A DNA stretch of 64,000 nt from Octopus bimaculoides (taxonomy: Eukaryota): the NCBI RefSeq assembly GCF_001194135.2, contig NC_068982.1:144141978-144205977 (forward strand), read 5' to 3'. The stretch's first letter is position 1; the number at the start of each line of letters is the position of its first letter. This document shows, piece by piece, positions 1 through 12,581 of the stretch. Under the pieces are notes generated by a model. The model was given only the letters and a program-made list of their open reading frames with translations, did no database searches and was not told where the DNA came from. Made by a program: the position numbers and the translations under genes.

Positions 1-11
1 TAAATTTGCTT

Positions 12-63
12 TAACCCTAACCCTAACCCTAACCCTAGGGTTAGGTGTAGGGTTAGAGTTAGG
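12..63. repeat. Short (TAACCC)4 run joined to a degenerate (TTAGGG)n run, forming a palindrome
   Basis: taaccc x4 at 12-35, then tagggttaggtgtagggttagagttagg; the axis is at cct|agg (36/37). Confidence 0.85.
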
Positions 64-724
64 ATTAATTGTTTCAGAATCGTTTGTTTATGTAGTCGGC
101 ACTTAATGTATATCGGCTGAATGGACGTCAGTTATTGGTTGAAATTACAGAAATACAACATGGAATAATTTATGGATTTCTTTTTTTTTTTAAAGAAGAC
201 TAAGAGAAAAAGATGTTTTATATGAAACATTCTACCAGTGTTCCAAGTTTCAAAGTGTTTCGTTAATGAAAAATGTGGCCCCCGTTTTAAAAAAAGATCC
301 AAAAATGTTTTTAAAGTGCATTTTTCCAGGAGAGGTGCGATTCTGCATTGACCCCAAAAAATAGATACACAAAACACTCTTAAATGTATTATATAAACAA
401 AATGAACACTAATAGAATAAATCACATGAAAATCCTCCTTAAAACAGAACAATGTATTGCACTAAATGACAAATTAACACTAATACAGCATGGCCGTAGT
501 CCAATGACTGAAAGAAGAGTAACCATTATCATCCTCAACATTATCATTTTACGTCCAATTTCGACGTTGGCATGCATTTAGACAGTTGGACAAGATTTGG
601 CGAACTGCGCCGAGTTCCAGTGTCAGCTGTGGGCATGGTTGCTATGGCCGAACGCCCTTCCCAACGTCAACAATGTAACTGTGTGTGATACTAGAACAAA
701 ATAAAAATAATCTGAATATTTATA

Positions 725-1130
725 GGTGCAGGCGTGACTGTGTGGTAACAAGTTTGCTTCCCGTTCAGTCCCACTGCTTGTCACCTTTGGGCAATTCTCT
801 TCTACTATAGCCTCGAGCTAACCAAAGCCTTGTGAGTGGATTTGGTAGATGGAAACTAAAAGAAATCCGCCGTGTATATATAGATATATATGTTGTGTGT
901 GTGTGTGTGTGTGTCTTTGTGCCTGTGTTTATCCCCCACCACCGCTTGACAACCAGTGTCAGTGTGTTTACGTCCCCGTAACTTAGCGGTTCAACAAAAA
1001 GAGACTGGTAGAATAACTATTAGGCTTCAAAAACGGGGGAAAAAAGCCATGGGCCGTTTGTTCAACTAAAGCTCAAGGCGGTGCCCCAACAAAGCCGTAG
1101 TCAAATGAGTGAAACAAGTAAAAGATAAAA
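725..1130 (+). mobile_element. tRNA-derived SINE with CORE-like domain (family 1)
   Basis: Degenerate A/B-box head, caccttgggcaa CORE-like segment, internal (TG)n and gaaacaagtaaaaga tail. Homologous copies lie at about 6503-6834, 12966-13363 and 62609-62960. Confidence 0.8.
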
Positions 1131-1350
1131 GAAACAGGTGCTCGATCGTGCGAAAGAAGAGAGAGAGAGTGAGAAAGAGAGAGACAGACAATCAGACAAA
1201 GAGAACGTAAGCGTGTGTTCATGTGTGTGAGGGTGTTTATGAATATATGTATAAGTGTGTGATTGTTTTAAGTTTTTCCCCCGTAAATATAAATATACAT
1301 GTGCGTGTACACATGCGTATAAATGATTGACAGAATTAGTAGAGTGCTGG

Positions 1351-1511
1351 TGGCGGTATTTCGTCTGCCGAGGTCGACCTTGCCTTTCATCCTTTCGAGG
1401 TCGATAAATTAAGTACCAGTTACGCACTGGGTCGATGTAATCGACTTAATCCCTTTGTCTGTCCTTGTTTGTCCCCTCTGTGTTTAGCCCCTTGTGGGCA
1501 ATAAAGAAATA
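1351..1511 (+). mobile_element. 5'-truncated family 2 SINE with a 19-bp target-site duplication, nested in an older family 2 copy
   Basis: Direct repeat agaattagtagagtgctgg at 1332-1350 and 1512-1530. The insert carries the gcctttcatcctttcgaggtcgataaattaagtaccag domain. Confidence 0.75.
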
Positions 1512-1715
1512 AGAATTAGTAGAGTGCTGGACAAAATATATTGCGATGTTTAGTTTCGTCTCTTTACAATCTAAGTTCAAATCCTATCCAAGTCTCTACT
1601 TTGCCTTTAACCTCCTTGAGGGTCCCTAAAATAAAGTACGAGTTGATTTATACGTCTTATGGTATTTTAACAACTTCATATTCAGTAGGATTTCCTTTCT
1701 CAGTGACGTGTGTTA

Positions 1716-2437
1716 NNNNNNNNNNNNNNNNNNNNNNNNNNNNNNNNNNNNNNNNNNNNNNNNNNNNNNNNNNNNNNNNNNNNNNNNNNNNNNNNNNNNN
1801 NNNNNNNNNNNNNNNNNNNNNNNNNNNNNNNNNNNNNNNNNNNNNNNNNNNNNNNNNNNNNNNNNNNNNNNNNNNNNNNNNNNNNNNNNNNNNNNNNNNN
1901 NNNNNNNNNNNNNNNNNNNNNNNNNNNNNNNNNNNNNNNNNNNNNNNNNNNNNNNNNNNNNNNNNNNNNNNNNNNNNNNNNNNNNNNNNNNNNNNNNNNN
2001 NNNNNNNNNNNNNNNNNNNNNNNNNNNNNNNNNNNNNNNNNNNNNNNNNNNNNNNNNNNNNNNNNNNNNNNNNNNNNNNNNNNNNNNNNNNNNNNNNNNN
2101 NNNNNNNNNNNNNNNNNNNNNNNNNNNNNNNNNNNNNNNNNNNNNNNNNNNNNNNNNNNNNNNNNNNNNNNNNNNNNNNNNNNNNNNNNNNNNNNNNNNN
2201 NNNNNNNNNNNNNNNNNNNNNNNNNNNNNNNNNNNNNNNNNNNNNNNNNNNNNNNNNNNNNNNNNNNNNNNNNNNNNNNNNNNNNNNNNNNNNNNNNNNN
2301 NNNNNNNNNNNNNNNNNNNNNNNNNNNNNNNNNNNNNNNNNNNNNNNNNNNNNNNNNNNNNNNNNNNNNNNNNNNNNNNNNNNNNNNNNNNNNNNNNNNN
2401 NNNNNNNNNNNNNNNNNNNNNNNNNNNNNNNNNNNNN
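1716..2437. other. Assembly gap (N run)
   Basis: Continuous N bases. Confidence 1.
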
Positions 2438-3895
2438 TTGTTTCTCATAAAATGGTATATATTTAATTTACATTTAATCATTATTTACGATTATTTAAGG
2501 CAAACACAATTAAAAAGCAAATTCTTTTCACTTTAATGTGTGTGTCTATATTTAATTTCCATTCGCATATGTTCGTTAATTCGCTACAATCTCTTTAAAG
2601 TAAACAAAATCAAAATTTTTAATTGGGGGTGGGTGAAATGATTTTTTTTTTTTTGCATGTTAGTAATCTCCGACATCTAAGACGTAGGAATACGAAAAAA
2701 TGCTTTAAATAATCCATTTTTGAAGGAGAGGTGCGACTCTGCATTAGCCCCTAAAATTCTTATAGCTAGAACGTTATCATTATTGATATTCCTTCTCAAG
2801 GTTGATAAAATAAGTACCAGGGTTCAAACCCGAGAGTTCCTTCCACAAAATTACAAGCCTTGTGCCTGTAGTAGAAAGGATTATTAAAGTCATTCATTTG
2901 CAAAACAGAAAAGAAAGCTAAAGCTTGCAAAAGAGAAAACAGATGTCATACACCAAAATTACCACGTTCCAATTAGTATTTTAATCAAGCGTGAGCTTAA
3001 AATATTCCTTATTCCATGTTAGGTCCCAGGGCAATCAACTGTAGCATAAGATTACTCGTGTGAATAAACAATATTTCTTAGAAATTAGATAATAACGACC
3101 TTCATTAAGAAACAGATCACAAAATAATTAGTTAGGGTTAATTTAAGACAAACAGACGTGATCGATATGATCGGTCTGACCTATGAAACTGGGGTATAAA
3201 TAGTGATAATGGATAAACATTCATCGATTAGATATGACCTTAAGAGAACGCAAATGTAGCCTTTGTTTTCTTCTTTTTCTTATTACTCAACGTCAGTATT
3301 TTGGTCTTATTCAATGACATCTTCGAATTATTTAGCTTGAAATTTCCTTATTTCCCACCATCCTATTGCAGATGATCGTGTTTAAAGAATGAACTCAAAG
3401 AGCCTATAAAGTACTTTTTCTATTCCAACTAGACCTTTTAGTAAGGAACATAGGTCAAAGTTCTAGCCCTCTACATAACGTTACTCTTCACCTTTATATG
3501 TATTACTCATTCACGCTAGCACAGGTTCCTCTCTTATGAATGTCACATTATGTTCACCTGTTTCTAGCATCTCTATATGTTGACAAAAAATTTCAGAATT
3601 CAGCTCAGTTTACTCTTCTATTTTACGACATTACAGAATTGGAAGAATCAAGAGGGCTTCAGACATAAACAACCTCCGTCATTTGGTTACAATGCTTTAC
3701 GTTCTGATTTCAAATCGTGTTGAGGTCAACTTTGCATTGGTCTTGGTTTGAAATCAATTTAATTACCATTATTATTATTATTAATTATTATTACTACTCA
3801 GATATGAATAATTGTTTTCTTAAAACATATGGGCAATCGTTTCAGGATCTATTCTCTAATCAGTGTATCTTTGTAAGATTTAATGTTCACACATA

Positions 3896-3939
<44 letters not shown>

Positions 3940-4577
3940 NNNNNNNNNNNNNNNNNNNNNNNNNNNNNNNNNNNNNNNNNNNNNNNNNNNNNNNNNNNNN
4001 NNNNNNNNNNNNNNNNNNNNNNNNNNNNNNNNNNNNNNNNNNNNNNNNNNNNNNNNNNNNNNNNNNNNNNNNNNNNNNNNNNNNNNNNNNNNNNNNNNNN
4101 NNNNNNNNNNNNNNNNNNNNNNNNNNNNNNNNNNNNNNNNNNNNNNNNNNNNNNNNNNNNNNNNNNNNNNNNNNNNNNNNNNNNNNNNNNNNNNNNNNNN
4201 NNNNNNNNNNNNNNNNNNNNNNNNNNNNNNNNNNNNNNNNNNNNNNNNNNNNNNNNNNNNNNNNNNNNNNNNNNNNNNNNNNNNNNNNNNNNNNNNNNNN
4301 NNNNNNNNNNNNNNNNNNNNNNNNNNNNNNNNNNNNNNNNNNNNNNNNNNNNNNNNNNNNNNNNNNNNNNNNNNNNNNNNNNNNNNNNNNNNNNNNNNNN
4401 NNNNNNNNNNNNNNNNNNNNNNNNNNNNNNNNNNNNNNNNNNNNNNNNNNNNNNNNNNNNNNNNNNNNNNNNNNNNNNNNNNNNNNNNNNNNNNNNNNNN
4501 NNNNNNNNNNNNNNNNNNNNNNNNNNNNNNNNNNNNNNNNNNNNNNNNNNNNNNNNNNNNNNNNNNNNNNNNNNNNN
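3940..4577. other. Assembly gap (N run) next to a (TA)n tract
   Basis: Continuous N bases after (TA)n at about 3900-3939. Confidence 1.
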
Positions 4578-4970
4578 ACTAACGAGCGTGTTGGCATGTA
4601 GATTCCGTTGAACCTTGTGGTGTGCGACCAATTGATGCACTTAGTATTGAATTGATGTTTTTTTCTTTCTTAGCTCATGTTTGTTTTGTTTTTTGTTTTT
4701 GGATTAATGTTCTGATGTGATTTTGTATTATATTTGTATTTTTTAATAACTTTAATTTGAATTTAGAAAAAAATATTCTCTAAGGTTCCGCCCCCACACA
4801 CAATAAATAAAATAGCGAAAACGATTTGATTTTCCTATAAATTAAGAAAATGAGAAAACAGCAGAAATAGTTCGCATTAAAAAAAATGAATTTTTATGTT
4901 TTTGTATCTAAGTCAATATTTTTATAAACAACAACCAATACATAGAATTTCAGTCATTCGCTGACCTTAC

Positions 4971-5112
4971 CGTATTCTCTGGGTGCTGTATCAGGTACAT
5001 AGGTAAATGTAGCATATTTAGAAATCGGCAAATACCCTTTCATTAATTTAGACTGTGACTTTGCCTTGAGTAGTGTGCGAACACATTTGTGTAACAACAT
5101 TCTGGATGTCAT
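4971..5112 (-). CDS. BCKDHB: Branched-chain alpha-ketoacid dehydrogenase E1 beta subunit, coding exon 1 (mitochondrial presequence plus mature N-terminus)
   Basis: Minus strand from ATG 5112 reads MTSRMLLHKCVRTLLKAKSQSKLMKGYLPISKYATFTYVPDTAPREY, then G|GTAAGG phase-1 donor. ATFTYVPDTAPREYG matches human AHFTFQPDPEPREYG as recalled, with the same exon end. The leader is basic and lacks acidic residues. An in-frame TGA lies upstream at 5143-5145. Confidence 0.85.
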
Positions 5113-5637
5113 GAGTAACGTATGCAAATAAACGAAGATTCTTCACTGCCTCACGATTATAAACAGACTTCCAACTACAACCTGGCAGTTCCGGTGAAAG
5201 TTAAGATGCAGACGACATAGAATACTCTTAAATCAGTGGTAAATATTATCATAAACCCAAACTAAAACTCTGTACTTCTTTCAGAGATTTTGAGTGAAAT
5301 GTAAAACCAGTAACTAGTGTTTTAAAGGAAAGAGTTATTACACCTGAGATAACATTGTACAGGTATTTGTCCAAGCCGAGAAAGTCTGTTAATTACATGT
5401 GTCGAGCGGAGACGAGAATATACCTGCTGCTGACTAGTTCAAAATAATAACCAGAAATTTTTTAATTATTTACCACAAATTGAATTAGTCTAAAAATATA
5501 TTAATATTTATATTTCATTTTCTCGGCTAATATTTTATTATAGTTATTTCGTGACTAAGACGTCATATCTGTTTTTCAAATCTACTTATAATCGAGTTAC
5601 TGCCGAGCAGTTTCTACTGCTATTTATTGTGTTCAAT
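5113..5637. promoter_or_regulatory. Putative bidirectional promoter and 5' UTRs shared by BCKDHB (-) and ATE1 (+)
   Basis: Only 525 bp separate the two divergent start codons. The interval is repeat-free, relatively CpG-retaining, and has an ETS-like ttccggt at about 5189-5195. Confidence 0.7.
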
Positions 5638-5728
5638 ATGGCGGAATTTTCGATTGTAGAATATTTCGCTGAGCATGAAAAATACCATTGTGGCTATTGC
5701 AATTCGCCAGATACTAACTATTCACATG
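5638..5728 (+). CDS. ATE1: Arginyl-tRNA--protein transferase 1, coding exon 1
   Basis: MAEFSIVEYFAEHEKYHCGYCNSPDTNYSH with the CGYC motif; G|GTAAGA donor, phase 1. Confidence 0.95.
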
Positions 5729-6502
5729 GTAAGAAAAATTTTACTTTATTTAAATTTTAACTGAATAACTATGAAAACTGTATGCTTACAGAACACTTGA
5801 TAACCAACATCTTTTAGAATATAGTGTCTTAAGAAAATTCATTTTTATTGTTTGTCAGTGTTAAATATTTCATATTGACAGCTTTCTCAATTTATTTTAT
5901 ACTTCATACTGTGCATTCACTTCTAGTTTGGTGCAGTACTTGCAACGTCAACCGGTGATGTGAAGCTGAAGGGTTGCTTACTGCGTCAGTCAGTCAGACC
6001 GACCTCAGACAGTTAGATACATATCTAACAAGCCTGCTATGACATAATTAGTTGAGTAAATGCTAGGTTCGAAGACAGATGACCACTGCAATGAATTTTG
6101 TTTTAATATTGTCTTCATTTGCTTATATCTAACACTAACTTGTATAAGTAATTAATACTTGCCAGTATTTATCATATACATTTGTTTATATGATAGTAAT
6201 TCTTTGGATTAGCCACAAGGACATTTTTTTTCCTTTTATACGATAATGTACAGCCAGTTGAGTTTGTCACAATACAAAACTGGTATTTATTTTGTTTAGT
6301 CTGGGAATTAATGAAATACAAAATCAACTCTAATACGGTAGTCACAGCAAACCGTATGATATAGTTGCCTGCTGTCGCGACCACCTCTGCTTTTTATGTA
6401 TGTATTAACTATGATTCATACTAGGTTTCGGAATATGCTAGTTATCTCTTTGGACACGTTCAAAAGAATAAATCGCACTTCAGCTAGCTTTTCTCTCACT
6501 CT

Positions 6503-6834
6503 GTCTTTTAACTTGTTTCAGTCATTAAACTGCGGCCATGCTGGAGCACCGCCTTGAAGAATTTTTAGTCGAATGAATCGACTTCAGTACTTATTATTTT
6601 CTTTTTAAGCCTGGCACTTATTGTATCGAGTTCCTTTGTCAAGTGGTGGTGGGGGACATCCTCACACATATGGCGAGTTTCTTTCAGTTTTCGTCTACCA
6701 AATCCACTCAGAAGATTTTGTTCAGCCCGAGGCTATCGTGAGAGACACTTGGCCAAGGTAGCACGTAGTGACACTGAACTAGGGAAGCAAACTTCGGTCA
6801 AACTAAAGCGTTATTACCATGCAGCCACACCTGT
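6503..6834 (-). mobile_element. Family 1 CORE-like SINE, degenerate
   Basis: Reverse-complement match to the 725-1130 element (ttttaacttgtttcagtcatt ... ccaaatccactca ... cagccacacctg). Confidence 0.7.
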
Positions 6835-7660
6835 ATTACTAAGTCTAGTTATGTTAATTTCTTTTTAAGTTATTGCGTAATTACACATTAGTCCTGGGCA
6901 AACAGACTTATTTCACGTTGGCTGTCGACAAAACAGTTGGTTCAGTTGATAGCACATATTTGTCGTACATCATCTATCTCATTGAGGAACTTAACTGCAT
7001 TTTCTGATTTGCAGAGGTTGTTGTTTAGCTCTCAACTTATCCCCGATTGATCAGACTTGTTACTGAGGGTATTCTAGTCATGATTATTCGCCCTTTTTGA
7101 AAGTATCTTGGGCCGACGTGATGCAATATTTTTCTCTTTTCTTTTTGTTTTGTTTTTGTTTCAAAAACGAAGAGTTTAATTGGAGGTATATTTGGCTGCC
7201 ATTTCTAGCAGGATGAGAGATCCCGTAGAAACGTCCTAGTCTGTGGTGCAGTGTTGCAGTTTAGACGTGCTACTCCCCACCTCTTTTGTATGTCTGTTTT
7301 GGAGGTGGTTGCAATGGAAACTAGCTAAATGAATGTAAATCACCAGCATATAACCAATAGTTAACAATCAAACTATGACTAATATTGAGAAATTACACAA
7401 GAATGACATAAATGAGAAATTATGAATTTCTTTATCTTGTTTAATGTCATGGAACCTAGTGAAAAAAGTTTAGAACAGAAGACTTCTGTAGAGAGCTTGT
7501 GTCCTGCCTGCAACATGTGCAATTACATGTTACATAGATTGAAATGTGGTTTGATAAATTGTCAAAATGTGATATAAAAGTTTGCACAAGTGACATTGAT
7601 ATTGTAATAGCTTAAGCATATTTCTGATAATAATATTTTCTACTTCGTTATCTGTTCTGA

Positions 7661-7879
7661 TAATAATAATCCTTTGTACTATAGGCACAAGGCCTGAAAT
7701 TTTGGGAGAACGGGGGCCAGTTGATTAGATTGACCCTCAGTACACAACTGGGACTTAATTTATCAAGCATGAAAGGCAAAGTCGACCTCAGTGGAATTTG
7801 AGCTCAGAATGTAAGGACAGATGAAATGTTGCAAAGCATTTCACCCGGCTTACTAGCAATTCTGCTAGCTCGCTGCCTT
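7661..7879 (-). mobile_element. tRNA-derived SINE family 2 (Meta-domain-like)
   Basis: Minus strand: A-box-like ggcagcgagctagcagaa, B-box-like gagctcaaattcc, central gtcgactttgcctttca domain and caggccttgtgcc tail. (AAT)n follows at 7880-7906. Confidence 0.75.
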
Positions 7880-9167
7880 AATAATAATAATAATAATAAT
7901 AATAATCATCCAATGAGGAGCTTCTGCATATTCTTGTATCTTGTTCAGTATAGTGAGCAAATCTCCTCAAATATATTTCTTTTTCACTTTATAATGTCAG
8001 CAATGTGAACAGCACAGTCAGTGGGACTTCTGACAGTGTAAGAGGATTTCAGATGTGCTAAATATATGTTAACTAGCTTCTGTTCAGCAGACGGAAACTA
8101 TAAGAAGCCTGCTGTGTGTATGATAAAATAATGAAGGTGGCAATTTAAAACCCAAAAGGAAAAAAATTCATCATTACTAAAAGTGACTAAGGGTGCTGGA
8201 CAGCATCAGCATTGCTACAAACAAGAGGCAAAGACTTTAGCCACAAACAAAGCACACTTCTATGTACTGACAAGGGAGACAACTTCCACACAGCATGTGA
8301 GGGCATCAAATTAGCACACCAATTTCGCATGAAATTGATGCTCGTCAAAATTGAAAGAGTCTATTTCAATAGAAATACAGTAACAAAAATACTGATTCTT
8401 TCTGGATTGAAATGCTGTTGTTGAATAGCAGCCTCCTCTCTTCTCAGTCAGTTGTGGTGAAGATGCACTCAGAACACAAATTTCTATTGTTAATTGTTTA
8501 CCAAAGTATGTAACCATAGTAATCTTTACTTATTATTTGAAAATTGACTGGAAAAGATAATCTATGCAAAATTAGTATTTTTAAGATTTTACATTTGTTT
8601 CCCCTATTATGATTCTGCAAATTCAGAGATGTCTAAATTTCTGTCATATGTAATTTGCAGATTTATGCATTTTATAATGTGAATCATCGGGGAGTTCATC
8701 TGTGCAGCAAGCCTGTATACAGGTGCTGAACTTACCAAACTTAATAATAAATCTTTTCCAAACATCTTATCATAAAATAACATCTTATCATAATACTGGA
8801 AGATGCAATCCAAGATATATGACAGTTGAATAAGGAAAAGGCAGGAAAATGGATTGTCTGGTCACTTGAACAATTACATATGAGCCATAGGTCCATATAA
8901 TCGGGTTGACCTGGGTCAGACAACTATTACTGTTTAGATATTTTGTGCATCCACACAGAGATTTATGAGTGAATAGATTAGTATTTTGACTTGTTAGCCA
9001 ATGTATTTTACTGAGGTTAAGTGGATGAAGTTATTAAATCACCAGCTGATTAAAGATGATATTCTTTTACTTAAAGCATGCATTGTCTGCATATTGCAAA
9101 TTCCTTGCTTTTAATTCATTGTTTTTTCCCTAAGCCCAGAAATGAAGAGATGTCTTAGCAGTGTTGA

Positions 9168-9257
<90 letters not shown>

Positions 9258-9928
9258 TAAGACAACATTTTCTGTAGTTGAAACTACTACTACTACTATC
9301 ACTCATATCTAATGCTTGTTTTATTAATTTCTTAAATATCACTATGGTGTTGCTTTTGGCTTCGAAGAGAAAAAAATGGTGTTAGGTTTGCTTGGCTCAG
9401 TTAGTTATAGGGTGTTTCATTGTCTTAATGTCCATTTTTACTTGCTCATATGGGTTAGACATTTCAATTGTAGAACACAAATATACCCTCAACCTACTCA
9501 GAAAGAGCTTTTTAATGAAGTAGTTGTGTATAAGGCAGGGTTGATATGTTAATTGGAGTGTAAAGCAGTTGTAGTTTGACTCCTACTGTATCTCCTTTAC
9601 ATTCTAATTAATAAGATGAATTGGTGATTATTAGGTGGATTTGAATTGGGTGATTGAATCAGATGCTCATCCCTTGAGCTGTAGGCTATATATAAGAAAC
9701 CTTGTCATAAATATTGCAGCGTATTTTCTTTTATCAAAGTACCTTATTTATCTTAGTATATAGTTGCATTATGGTCTCCCACTTCTTTCCTCACATGTAC
9801 AGTAGTATGTATATAGTTGTGCATGAACACCTACCCCTATCCCACATACACCTCTATACAGGTCAACCTACATACATTAGATAGCCCCCACACACAAACA
9901 CCCTTACACATACATATGCACAAGTATC

Positions 9929-10641
9929 ACCTAAGAAGCATCAGTTGTGGTGTGCAAGAGAGACGGTTGCACTGGTATGGTCATGTGGCAAGAATGAATG
10001 AGGATAGCTGTGTGGAAAAGTGCCACACCCTAGCGGTTGAGGGAACCTGTGGAAGAGGTAGACCTGGGATGAGGTGGTGAAGCACGACCTTCGAACATTA
10101 GGCTTCACTGAGGCAATGATTAGTGACTGAGACCTTTGGAAATATGTAGTGCGGGAGAAGACCTGGCAAGCCAAGTGATACCATAATCCGCGGCCTCTGC
10201 CAGGGGTATACCCAGCCCACTTATGCGTACCTTTCCTTCATTGGACACTAAACTTTGCTTGCAAAGACCTGTTGGGGCAAGTGAAATCGAAATCGTAACT
10301 GAACCAAATTCGATGACTGGCACCTGTGCCAGTGGAGCGCTAACAGCACCGTCTGAGTGTGATCATTGCCAAAGCAGCTGTCTGGCATCCGTACCAGTGA
10401 CATGTAAATAGCACCATTTGAGTGTGGTTGTTACCAGTGTCGCCTTACTGGCACTTGTGCCAGTGGCACGTAAAAGCACCCACTACACTCTTGGAGTGGT
10501 TAGCGTTAGGAAGGGCATCCAGCTATAGAAACGCTGCCAGATCAGATTGGAGCCTGGTGCAGCCATCTGGTTCACCAGTCCTCAGTCAAATGATCCAACC
10601 CATGCTAACATGGAAAGCGGATGTTAAACAATGATGATGAT
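9929..10641 (+). mobile_element. 5'-truncated RTE-clade LINE (ORF C-terminus, 3' UTR and (ATG)n tail)
   Basis: ERRLHWYGHVARMNEDSCVEKC...VEGTCGRGRP and DLRTLG...DLWK are typical of the RTE C-terminus. The 3' UTR has tggcac repeats and ends gttaaacaatgatgatg. Confidence 0.8.
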
Positions 10642-11711
10642 CTTCATACACACACACACACACACACACCTAAAAAAGAACACATTCACACATACATGCT
10701 ACTTGCATGCATTATATGCATACTCATGCATGCTACTCTCACATATTAGCTACTACACACATGCATGCTACTCACACACACATGAGCTGCTACACATACA
10801 TGCGTGCGTGCACACACACATGTTAGACAGCCTCACATCTCTGTACACTTACACATAAATACACAGAGCACACATGCACACACACTTTAGCCAGATCACT
10901 TTTGTCTCCCTTGCCACCCATATCTCCAACCACCTACTTCCTTCTGGTCATTTCAACATCTGCAACCATTAATCCAGGCACATTTTATTTCTCTCTATTT
11001 TTTTCCTCTCTCCATCTGTTTTCTCTCCTTATTCCTTTCTGTAGAAGAACGTAAGCTCGAAACATCAAAAATGTCTTCCATTTTTCTTGAACGTCAAACT
11101 AATACACCATGTTTGTTCCCGCACCTGTCTTGATCTTTTATCTTTTATTGGTTTCAACCAGAGGCTAAGGCCATACTAGAGCACCTGGCCTGAATGCTTG
11201 CAACAGAGTGAGTACTTAAGAGCATCAAAGGGTCAGGTGATTGTTTTAAACCAAGTCTGCCACCTTAAACAGGAAGATCCTTCTAAGAGATTTTTGCACA
11301 GTTCCCATCTATTAAAATTTGCTCTCGGTACTATGGTCTTCTACAGTCAAAGATACCTGTAGAAGCTGCCATGTAATGAATTCAAAATTGAAACTGTATA
11401 ACTGTAAACTGAACTTCTTAACCAAACTGCTATATCTGTACCCATTAAGTGTATCAGGAGAATTTTGTTTGGAAAGTTGAAGTTGTGTTGTAATAATGAT
11501 AAAGGAACAAAAGTAAAGTGATTCTGTTGTTGAAAAGTCTTGTTGTATAGTAGCAGCCAGTCAAGCACTTTAAAGCACTCAGTAAATTTTCCTTGCATTC
11601 TCAATGTACATAACTTACGTGTGTTCTGGGACCATATCACAAACCGAAACAATTATCTGTAGCGTTGTTGCAGTCATTTTATATTGCATCTTTTATCATT
11701 AAGTTTAAGCA

Positions 11712-11878
11712 CCCACTACACTCTCGGAGTGGTTGGCATTAGGAAGGGCATCCAGCTGTAGAAACATTGCCAGATCAGATTGGAACCTGGTGCAGCTGCT
11801 GGCTCTCCAGACCTCAGTCAAACCGTCCAACCCATGCCAGCATGGAAAACGGACATTAAACAGTAATGATGATGATTT
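11712..11878 (+). mobile_element. RTE 3'-tail fragment
   Basis: Close match to 10474-10641 (aagcacccactacactctcggagtggttggc...ggaagggcatccagctgtag...gatgatgat). Confidence 0.8.
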
Positions 11879-12581
11879 CTCATTTAGACTATCATCTATT
11901 TAAAATCAAAATTTTTTTTTTTTTTCAATTGTGTCTCTGAAATGCATTCCTTTGCTTCTCACTATAACAAGATTTCCTACAGCATAAATGTAGCATTTCT
12001 GTTATGACTGAAGTAAGATTTCTGTAAATTTTTGCTTCAGCATTTAGAAATTGTTTATATCACTTATCTTCTGTTTGTCATTTCAAAACTGATGTCATCA
12101 AGAAAAGCCTTTCTCATTTGGCAAGACATATACCTACAATAAGAAACCCAGTGATTTTGATTTAGAAATACTAGTGAAATCTTCAAGTCACCCCAAAAGG
12201 CAGAAGAACTCATTGGACAATGTAGTCCAAGGCATTGTTCAGAGCTAAAAGCTTTTGATTATAGTAGATTTGGAGCTAAGTAAACAACACAATGAGATTG
12301 AGGTTAAGGTTTTGGCTATATGGATAGCATAATCATAAGTGATACCTTTGGAAAATTAGCCTAATTTTGTTTTGTTAGTTTGCTTGATTATGAAAGATGG
12401 TTGACAGTTGAATTATTTGTGGTGGAATGAGTATCCAAGTGGCAAAAATGGCTCTAACAGTACACGAATGTCTACATTTGTTGAACACCATCCCGCTTAT
12501 GCTAGCATGGATAATGGATGTAAAGCGGTAATCAATAAAATAAAATAAAAATAACACAAATGTTTTTGTTTATTTTTAAAG

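Noticed and set aside
12-63. Telomere-telomere fusion scar
   Set aside because: The polarity is CCCTAA then TTAGGG, whereas a fusion gives TTAGGG then CCCTAA, and the tract is only about 50 bp.
1541-4640. Long ORFs in the track at 1541-2536 and 3883-4640 (also 13931-14900 and 23822-24302)
   Set aside because: They consist almost entirely of X residues from N gaps and are artefacts.
1-4970. BCKDHB exon 2 (expected ...KMNLFQ...ALD...DPTA)
   Set aside because: I found no matching minus-strand peptide in the readable sequence; it may lie in a gap or outside the window.
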